A stretch of 20,000 nucleotides of DNA from Neolecta irregularis DAH-3. Taxonomy: Eukaryota. The translations under genes and the position numbers were made by a program. Of this stretch, positions 11,799-20,000 are shown piece after piece. The stretch is from assembly GCA_001929475.1 (NCBI GenBank), contig LXFE01004217.1, forward strand, positions 49,048 through 69,047, written 5' to 3'. Every line of letters begins with the position of its first letter. Position 1 is the stretch's first letter. The notes below the pieces were generated by a model. That model was given only the letters and a program-made list of their open reading frames with translations, was not told the origin of the DNA and searched no databases.

Positions 11799-13218
11799 AT
11801 GAGCAGTTGCAAGCAGTCATCGGCGTCGCATCATTCTCGCCAGTCCTCTATTTCTTCTCAGAGTGTTAGCATTGCTGAGCAACTGCTGCCTCAGAGCACC
11901 AGCATTTTCCACAGAGACTGGTTGTCAGTCACCGCCGCAGAACTAGTTTCCGGCCAAAATATCCGTTATGTCGACGGAGAAATGCCTGTAGAACGGGCCT
12001 GCGAGATGCTCGTTGATCAGAATTTCTATTCCCTTCCTATAAGAAGCTCTCCTTCTGACCACCGTGTAATTCGAACCTTTGACTATTCGGACGTGATCAC
12101 CTTTCTCCTGCGAATCTTGGGCCATGGACACAGCGCCCATGAAGAAGGGTCTATAGACTTTAAGAAACTTGTTCGCGATGCCAAAGAAGTAGGCAAGGTG
12201 CCTATTCGTCTGGTTGGCGATCTGGGTCCTAAGAATCTTATCCCCAGTCTCGAAGCTTCCAGCTCTCTGGCCAAAATATTGGAGTCTTTCGGAAATGGCT
12301 TTCACCATATCGCTGTGACGCGTGATTCAGATGGTCATACAATTGGACTTTTGAATCAGAAGACTGTTTTGAGATTTCTTTGGAACAATGCTCGTTCGTT
12401 TCCGGCGATCGAGCACTTTTTCCAAAAGACGGTATTGTCTTACAATATCTGCCTACTTACCCGGAAGCTTCGCGAGTTGAATATTGTCCGGAAGAATATC
12501 ATCGCTATTGCCGCAGATCGAAAAGTTATCGAGGCCTTTGAGTTACTAAGTAGGGAATAGCGCATCCAAATTGCTTATAGTCACAGATACACAAGGGATC
12601 AGTTCATTGGCTGTAGTCGATGGCGTAGAAGGTAACCTGTTGGGTAACATATCCATTGTGGATGTCAAGGTTTGATTGTTTCCGGCTCGATACTGACAGA
12701 AAGTATGTCACTCGTGCAAGATCTCTTTTGCAGACCACATGTGGTCATTTCCTCGGCGTTGTTAAATACGAGCAAGGTTGTCTACATCTATATCCACGCT
12801 TACTTTAGGCGTCGAAAGTGGTCAAGATTCATTCCCTGTGTATTCCGTATATCCCAGTTCAACTCTAGCCCATACTGTGGCCAAACTGATTGCTACTCGA
12901 GCACACCGTATGTGGATTGTTTCTCAAGGGTCACCCGCACATTCAGTGTCTTCTACCCCTGTTCTTGGGCAATCGTCTGCTAATATTGCATCTTTGCCGC
13001 AGACTAGCCAATTCATACTCTCCCCTAGTCACCCTGCTGGTTCATGTGGTGAAAAGCTACTTGGGGTCGCTTCAATCACAGACATTCTCTCTTTTTTTGC
13101 CCGAGTTGCCGGTGTTTGTGATGTTGATCCGAATGAAGCACGAAGGAAGCGAAGAGCCAGCTCAACCAGTACGGCGACAACGGTGAGCGAAAGAGCAGAA
13201 ATAGTCAATCGTGGATGA
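11799..13218 (+). CDS. SDS23: CBS-domain protein Sds23/Sds24 family
   Basis: CBS repeats: FDYSDVITFLL, LRFLWNNARSFP, GISSLAVVD...LLGNISIVDVKY, GQDSFPVYSVYPSSTLAHTVAKLIATRAHRMWIV. Introns 12432-12467, 12550-12586, 12670-12703, 12777-12808. Confidence 0.9.
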
Positions 13219-13321
13219 ATTTCCTGGTGTTTTGTGTATTCTTTCTACTAGCAATGATAATTTGCAATTTTTACTATTTCGAACCACAAAAATTTCCAAC
13301 CCAGCCTAAATCCCCCATGCA

Positions 13322-14382
13322 ATGTTAATATCGCGTCCATTCTTTCGAAATTCCTTTCAAGAATTAACAGAAATCTCTCGGCGGTTTTTTTCGGCATCTT
13401 GTACTTTATCCTTGGAGTCGCAACCAACAACGACAGAGGATTTGAATTCCTCGAGCATCGCCGATAACGAGGAATCAAAAAACGACACCACTCAGGATCT
13501 ACTCAGCGATAAGGAGCTGTGGGATAGGAAAAAAAGGGCAGGTTGATATTCTTTAAAAAGTCGATGCTGATTGAAGATTCTCAGTATGACAAGTGGGAAT
13601 TTAAGTGCCCTACTACATTACATCGACCGTTTACAAGAGTAAAGCATCCGACTGGACCTGCGGATTTGACTTTGGCTCTTCTCCTTGCTTCTCAAGCCCA
13701 TCTTGGCCATTCTCCATCACTATGGAATACGAAAACTCAAGCGTACATTTACGGAATACGTCAGGGCGTTCATATTATTTCGCTTGATGCAACTCTATCT
13801 CACCTAAAATTGGCGGCTTCTGTGGTTCGTGGAGTTTCTGCTAATGGTGGGTTGATTCTATTCGTTGGGACCAGATCGGGTCAGGATCAGGCCATAGTTG
13901 GAGCAGCCCGACGTACTGGAGGTTATCATCTTTTCCATCGATGGTTACCTGGAGCCATCACGAACGGAGAATACGTTATAGGAAGAGGTCGTCTCAAGGC
14001 CGAGCCCGTAGATCCAAGAAAACTTGAATTTGGTCTGCCCCCGCAGCCACCAGTTATTCCCAAAGCCCTGAAACCGGATCTTGTTGTCATCATGAATCCA
14101 CTTGAGAATCACGTTCTTTTACGAGAATGCACCGCTCATAGGATACCTACTATTGGCATTATCGATACTAATGCAGATCCGTCTCTGGTCACATACGCCA
14201 TTCCTGCGAACGATGACAGTCTTCGATGTGTCGAAGTAATTGCTGGAACCCTTGGTCGTGCCGGCGAGGATGGCCGTCTCGAACGCGAAGCCAGGGATAA
14301 GAGACGGAACATGAGGATAGCTATGAAGGAAATCAAAGCCGTAGACGGAAAAGTTACTATTAGAGTGGCAGAACATGCTTAG
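13322..14382 (+). CDS. MRP4: Mitochondrial ribosomal protein uS2m
   Basis: Presequence-like N-terminus and S2 motifs HLGH, YIYGIRQGVHIISL, ILFVGTR, RWLPGAITN, IPTIGIIDTN, YAIPANDDS. Intron 13542-13576. Confidence 0.93.
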
Positions 14383-14389
14383 ATATTAT

Positions 14390-15173
14390 TCATTGATTCT
14401 GTGATTGCCCAATAGTTTTAAGAGTCTTTTTGAATTCTTTGAAATGCCCATGACTTGTGCGAGTAGCAATTCCTTGATATCGCACAATTTCAAGATACAA
14501 ATCGGGATTTTTATAAGAACCCGGGGGACCATTAAACCCGGCTTTATTCATCAGATTGTCGAGTGTTTCTTCCTTGGTCCAGCCTTGCTCTGGGGCTACT
14601 TCCGGGAGATAAGTGGATGACTTTCTGCGGCCTGGTATCAGCGTGAGGGAATGACGCCCAGACCATTGTATTTAAAGGTAATCCGCAGTCCGTGTGTGCC
14701 CACAGTCCAGTCCATAGGATCGTCGACTCTCTCAAAGTGAAGCAGAAACGTGACACTGTACAGACGTTGAGAAGTACTCTATGAGCAAGTATACCAACAC
14801 TCGAGGGAATAGACTTCTTCTTTGGTCAGGGGAGGGAAACGATTGTCTTCAAATGCTCTAAAGAATAAGCATGGCATATAAGAACGACTGACGCAGCTAC
14901 TGCGTATGTTTTAAGGCCGGCTTCGACAGGGAGTGGTTCAAACGTTCCAATACAGCCCCGTAAACGCTTTGAGCCTGATTTTGAGAGAGTAGACCAAGTT
15001 ACAAAGAGTGGGCTGGGTGTAAGTCGGGTATGAATTCGTGCGTACTAGGATTTGTCTAGCGAAATGCCCCTGGGCAGACCAAGAACGACATAGTCATGTA
15101 GAAATAGGACGGGCTCAGTTTTTCGCAAATACACTCTGATAATATCGAAGCAAAAAGCGGTTGCTGCAGCCAT
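14390..15173 (-). CDS. AMMECR1-domain protein (not recovered by the ORF track)
   Basis: Spliced translation gives YPLFVTW, RLRGCIGTF, AAFEDNRFPP, DWTVGTHGLRI, STYLPEVAPEQGWTKEETLDNLMNKAG, VRYQG. Introns 15045-15013, 14892-14858, 14794-14756, 14663-14632. Confidence 0.93.
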
Positions 15174-15254
15174 GGATGAATGTGCCCTGTCTAGGAATTA
15201 AATTCCAGGGTCATTCCAATCTTGAAAACAACTCCACGTCACCCTGGCAATGCT

Positions 15255-16929
15255 ATGAATGTCCCTTTTGTCTTCGCATACCTGTTTGCCGCAACTGTTG
15301 CACAAGAGGCCTCGCTTGTCGCGACAGCGGACGGATTTCTGGCCGCTGGGAATTTCCAGGAGGCCTTGATCAACTATGATACTGCATTGCGTGACGCGCC
15401 CTGAAACTCTACAAACTGACCCATGCAGAACAGGATCATGGGAACTATCTGATACATTTTAAACGAGGCCTGGCTTATCAGAGTCTTGGCAGGCACAACG
15501 CCGCACTGTCTGATTTTGACAATGCGCTTGAATCAAAGCCCGATTTTTCCCAGGCGCTCAGCCGTCGAGCCACGCTCCTGGCTAAAGTCGGGAATTTTCA
15601 GAAAGCTATTGAAGATTACGAGCAGCTCGCGAATACAGAAGAGGTATCGTTGTGTCTTGCGGAATCTCATATCCCAGGTTGCAATCATCAGCGACCTAGC
15701 AAAAGCCGTTGCTGCGGCTGAAGAAGCAAAGGCGTCTGCTGATACCGAGACCTGCATTCAGGAATCTTCGCGGGCTATCGCCGTCGCCACATCTTGTGCC
15801 AAACTGCGAAATCTTCGAGCCCAGTGCTACATCACTCGGGGCGATGTCCATGAAGCCGTTGGGGATTTGACGCAAGACTCGAAGAGATTCAAACTAACAG
15901 ACAGACATGCTGTTATCTTGGATCCTGCATCAATAGCTCCGCATGCCCTGTTATCGAACCTTGTTTACTTTTCATTGCACGATTCTAAGCGTGCTCTCGC
16001 TCATATTAAAAAGTGCTTGCATTTTGACACTGATGCCAAGGAATGCAAGAGACTGTTTCGCACAGTGAAGAAGATGGACAAACAATATACCCAGGCTCGC
16101 AACTTTCTCGACAGCAAGCAATGGATTCGCACGACCAAGGTGCTGGATAAATCCAGCGAGGGCGAAGGATTGTTGGCTGCTCTAAACGTGGAATTACAAG
16201 AGCTTGCAAAAGCTGGCATATCGATGCCTAGTGAATTCTTGGCAGACCTAGAAGAAATGCTCTGCGAGGCGTATTCAGAGGTATACTGGCGTTGTTGCAA
16301 GTTGACATTATAGTCCAAGAAAGACGCTCTTGCACGACCGCACTGTGAGGCTGCGCTCACAAAGAGGCCAGAGTCTATTCCCGCAGTCCTTGCAAAAGCC
16401 AATGCTCTGATCGCTGAAAGCGAATTCGAAGAGGCTATCAAGGTTTTAAGTAGTGCGAATGAACGCACGGGCGGACGGAATCCTAAGATTAATGAAGCGA
16501 TTCAGCGGGCGCAGAAGCTAGCCAAACAGGCGAAACAGAAAGATTACTACAAAGTCCTTGATGTTGCTCGGGACGCCGATGTCAAGACGATCAAGAAGGC
16601 GTACCGCGCCATGAGTCGAAAGTATCATCCTGATAAATATGATAAAGGGGGTGGACTGTCGGCTGAAGAAGTCGAACGAAAAATGTCGGCGATCAATGAA
16701 GCATATGGTTTGAAAGTTGGGTCTCCGTGTTGACGATTCAGAGATCCTTTCAGACCCAGAGCTCAAGGCGCGCTATGATGCTGGCGATGACCCAAATAGT
16801 CTAGAAGGACAGCACCCAGGTGGAAACCCATTTGCCCATTTCGGAGGGTCGCCATTCATGTTTCACCAAGGAGGGGGTCAGCAATTTTTCCAGCAGGGGA
16901 ATGGGTTTAATTTCAAGTTTGAATTTTGA
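15255..16929 (+). CDS. ER-luminal TPR plus J-domain co-chaperone (DNAJC3/P58IPK/Jem1-like)
   Basis: Signal-peptide-like start, TPR repeats, J domain DYYKVLDV...IKKAYR...YHPDK, G/F-rich tail. Introns 15391-15428, 15644-15677, 15872-15904 (GC-AG), 16281-16313, 16708-16741. Confidence 0.92.
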
Positions 16930-16948
16930 ACCATGAATTTATAATATA

Positions 16949-19211
16949 TCAATTTATTTGCTGGTGTTCACAGAGCATTTTGTAGAGAGCGGATATACCT
17001 ATTCTCTGTGCTGGTAGCATTGAATACGAGAAGCTGTATAGCTTTGAGCGGTCTAGGAGAGGGACGCCCTCGCCGCTTAAAAGACCTTGAAGCATCTTGA
17101 ATGATAAATAGTGCTCCCGCAGTCGTGCGGCTAATTGAAAATATTGGTAAAAGATGATGTTGAGGGACAGGGGTATAGACTGAAAGTTAGCGCTAAAGTG
17201 TGCTGCCGACCTTTATGATAATGTATGACGTTGGAGTTTTGCTGTCTGGTTCTCCGGTTTCCGTGATCAGATCAAAACACACGCCGCCTGGAATTAGCGT
17301 TGAATAAATGGGTGCAACCTGGAAGTCTGTGAGGATCTTTGACTCGCAGCATCAGGGCAAAGAGGGGAAAGTAATTCAGGCAAGCGAGGATTGTTTCGAG
17401 GATAGCCTTTGCAATGATGATGAACAGTCGGGCAGATGCAAAAGTCGCATAGAATACAAAGACGGTGGGAAAAAGGAAAACAAGCAATGTGAATAAAATG
17501 GTGCCGAGGATGAGTTGATCAAGTTCGTAATCGCAAGAGTCAATTCTGTTGCGCAAGACGTTCTTTTTCTTTCCGCGGAAGAGATGGAACAGGGAAATGA
17601 GTATGTGAAGCTGCCAGTGGAAGATTCGCGACGCCGCAATATTGAAAGCGTAGATGTGGACAGTCAGGATTGATAGCAAATCCGAGCAGAGCGAGATTGA
17701 CATTGAGGCGCCCAAGAATCCGGATGCGCCGATGATGGTGATGATGAGCTGAAAGTATGGCTGGATCAGACGTAATGCGGCAGCCGTGAGCAAAATAGAG
17801 GAGGAGGCATACTGGACCATATCTCGATGAGCCATATGAAAAGGTCACCGAGAAATGCAGCAAGCTCATTGTTGAGCTTGAGGCCGGCAGGCCAGTCCAT
17901 GAGCCAGAGGATGGTTCTGTAGAGGCTTTCGATGGCATATCGCTAGAGTGAGCAGAGTGTGGCAGGCTACATACGCGAGAGTAGCGATCGAGCAGGAGGG
18001 CGAGTTGGAGGCCATTGTCGATGAGATAGGTACCGAGGGCTATGCCGATAATGATATCATTTGCGACCAGCCAGAGGCTGTTGTAGAAGCGAATGTAGTC
18101 TGAATGGTTTGTAGTGATGCTTGCCCAGTTGCGTTTTCGTTTCTGCAGGGTGATGTATTGGATGGGCCAGTAGCATGTCTGTTGAAGACGCATGTCGATC
18201 TGTTGTGCTTATGTAAGTATTAGAGGGGAGAAGGCGCACCGCTAGCGAGGATGTCCTTGAGGGCGGGAGATCCGGTTTCGACGAGGAGGAGACAAATTTC
18301 GGCAAACAGGCGTTGGGCCATAAAAGCATAGAGCGAGACCCAGAGCACCAAGGGTGCGAGGAAAAGGAGAATTTTTGCGGATAGGGAGAGGATAAAAGAC
18401 AAGAGAGATTTGAAGGTGTCATTTGCGGACTCGCGGACTCTCTCTGAGACGCTGCGGGCGCGTCGTCTGCGGGTAAAGGTATTGTATTCTCTGTCGAAGA
18501 AAGTTTGCAGTTCGTGGGCGCAATTAATCTATATATCAATCATATTAATGTGTATAATACCTGGTTGAGGGATGTATGCAAGCCGCTTGCTTGCGGGGGG
18601 ATATCCTTGATGTGGAGCAGTAATTTGAGGGCGAGATTGTGGGAGCTGTGGGGGAGGGTTGTGTGGTGGACGAGATTCAACGAGATTGGTTTGAGGGAGA
18701 TGTACTGCATTTTGTGAGGATTTGGCCGGTAGTATATGACGACTTGGACAGGATGGGGATGATTGAAGCGGGGGTAGGGGGAAGCGGGGTGTATGGTAGC
18801 ATGCAAGAGGNNNNNNNNNNTTGCATTTTGTGAGGATTTGGCCGGTAGTATATGACGACCTGGACAGGATGGGGATGATTGAAGCGGGGGTAGGGGGAAG
18901 CGGGGTGTATGGTAGCATGCAAGAGGGATTTTTGAGGGGGGCAGTTTAGAAAGCCGAGGATGTCTAGGGGGTTGTCGCCGCCGAGCTCGTAGATCTGGGC
19001 GAACGAGTGCTGGCAGGAGTTTCTGCCGTTTGCGATGAGGGAGGCGAGGTTTACAGACTTGCGGTCAGATAAGATTGGTGAAGGCAACCTCTGGGAGAAC
19101 GGTGACGACAAAGATGTGGGTGTGAGAGTTGCGCCAGCCGACCAAGACGCCGGCGTGAGAGTGGGAGCGGAGATCTGCGGGCCAAAAGACGCTCAGGGGG
19201 ACAGTGTCCAT
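16949..19211 (-). CDS. GPI1: GPI-GlcNAc transferase subunit Gpi1/PIG-Q
   Basis: N-terminal VFWP...GVLVGWRNS, then YIRFYNSLWLVANDIIIG, WLMDWPAGLKLNNEL, LFRGKKKNVLRNRIDS, DQLILGTILFTLL. Introns 19088-19058, 18560-18529, 18239-18208, 17974-17943, 17812-17781 (GT-TG), 17318-17288, 17210-17180. Frame is continuous once the gap duplication is collapsed. Confidence 0.93.
18706..18926. other. Assembly gap (N x10, 18811-18820) flanked by a 105-bp direct duplication
   Basis: 18706-18810 and 18822-18926 are identical except T18744/C18860. Confidence 0.95.
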
Positions 19212-19517
19212 CAGAAGCTGCCTCTCCTGCGCAGCTGTTCGCGGGCGGAAGTCGATTCAAAGCGGGAGGGATTCAAGCGGGTTTCCTTTGCGGCGAGCCT
19301 CTCTAGGGGAAGGAGGATGGCGAAGAAGAGCAGGGAGAGGAGGGCTGAGGCGGCGAGGATGCGGTACTGGGGTTAGAGGGAGGCGAGGGGGGCGCACCGA
19401 GGCGATGCGGTAGGCGGCAAGCAGGATGTGGAGGGACCTGGAGGCGAAGGCGGGCTTTGCGGAGAGGTAGCCAGCGAAGAAGATCAGGGCGCATATAGGC
19501 ACGGAGAGGGGGTGCAT
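19211..19517 (-). CDS. Small (91 aa) two-TM protein of unknown function; stop codon overlaps the GPI1 ATG
   Basis: Exon 19517-19398, 31-nt intron 19397-19367 (GTGCGC...CTAAC CCCAG), exon 19366-19211. Product: MHPLSVPICALIFFAGYLSAKPAFASRSLHILLAAYRIASYRILAASALLSLLFFAILLPLERLAAKETRLNPSRFESTSAREQLRRRGSF*. Confidence 0.78.
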
Positions 19518-19533
19518 GGGGAACAGGGAGAAC

Positions 19534-19570
19534 GGGGAGACAGGGGAGACAGGGGAGACAGGGGAGGACA
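19534..19570 (+). repeat. 9-bp tandem repeat (GGGGAGACA)x3 plus one degenerate copy
   Basis: Read directly; lies in the 65-nt spacer between bL35m and the 91-aa ORF. Confidence 0.9.
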
Positions 19571-19582
19571 GAATACAACTAG

Positions 19583-20000
19583 CTAGGCAAAAGGCATCAG
19601 GTGGCGGAGGCGGGGCAGGTGGCCGCCGTGGCCGCGGGCGAGGGCGAGGGCGGGGCGGGCGAGGCGGCGCCTGCGTGCCGAGGCCATTCCAGAGTTGAGA
19701 TGGGAGCGGAAGGCGTGGGCCTGGGAGTCAGCGCAGGGGCGAGGGCGGAGGAGCGGGACCCGGCGAAAGTGGCCGGTGGCCAGCGGCACCCAGCGCTTCT
19801 TTGCGCCCGAGTGCGTCTTGAGGCCGCGGGCGGGCTGGGCAGGGTACTGGGGAGAGTACTGGGGAGAGTACTGGGGAGAGCACTGGGGAGAGTGAGAGCA
19901 CCGGGCAGAGTACTGGGGAGAGTGCAGAGGAGAGCACCGGGCAGGGCACCGAGCAGAGCACCGGGCAGAGTACTGCAGCAGGGCGCAGGCAGGCCGGAGC
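19583..20000 (-). CDS. Mitochondrial ribosomal protein bL35m; 5' end just outside the window
   Basis: RGLKTHSGAKKRW...GHFRR|AHAFRSHLN...RRRRL...LRHLMPFA* follows the bL35 pattern (KTHSGAKKR, HAF.SH, C-terminal LPY/F). Intron 19759-19721. Frame is open to the window edge (LRPACALL...). Confidence 0.85.
   Translation of the reverse strand, partial: LRPACALLQYSARCSARCPARCSPLHSPQYSARCSHSPQCSPQYSPQYSPQYPAQPARGLKTHSGAKKRWVPLATGHFRRVPLLRPRPCADSQAHAFRSHLNSGMASARRRRLARPALALARGHGGHLPRLRHLMPFA
19840..19975 (-). repeat. Coding 12-bp minisatellite (TACTCTCCCCAG / TGCTCTGCCCGG variants)
   Basis: About 10 degenerate 12-mers translating as YSPQ / CSAR / CPAR in the bL35m frame. Confidence 0.88.

Noticed and set aside
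18706-18926. 105-bp duplication and apparent frameshift in GPI1
   Set aside because: Copies flank a 10-N gap exactly and differ by one synonymous base (CAA/CAG). This is typical of an unmerged contig overlap, and collapsing it restores the frame.
19221-19228. Shine-Dalgarno-like AGGAGAGG 9 nt before the GPI1 ATG
   Set aside because: Explained by Arg-Arg-Gly codons of the small ORF; cytosolic 18S rRNA has no anti-SD sequence.
19211-19517. Naming the small ORF ERI1/PIG-Y or GPI19
   Set aside because: Size and two hydrophobic segments fit, but I recognise no family motif; an HMM search is needed.
19840-19975. Repeats as a CRISPR array or RNA polymerase II CTD-like YSP repeats
   Set aside because: No spacers, eukaryotic context, and a 4-aa rather than 7-aa period in frame with bL35m.

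Overview
Extremely compact, intron-dense ascomycete chromosome segment. Gene content, AAG acceptors and 31-51 nt introns point to Taphrinomycotina; Neolecta is my best guess, by inference only. By manual splicing I reconstruct 15 protein genes: eIF3e (partial), IMG2, SWI1/ARID, RPT3, NOP56, CCT6, a Ras-like GTPase, BNA6, SDS23, MRP4, AMMECR1, DNAJC3/JEM1, GPI1, a 91-aa two-TM ORF and mitochondrial bL35m (partial). They contain about 52 introns. Two highlights. (1) A spliced 91-aa membrane ORF ends in a stop codon that overlaps the GPI1 start codon (TGATG), directly after a small hairpin and only 65 nt downstream of bL35m; this suggests a di- or tricistronic mRNA with stop-restart coupling. (2) The splicing code looks unusually permissive: 4 GC-AG introns, 1 GA-AG, 1 GT-TG, 1 GAG acceptor and highly degenerate donors. 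Five divergent gene pairs have only 71-92 nt between their ATGs. The duplication around the N-gap in GPI1 looks like an assembly artefact.
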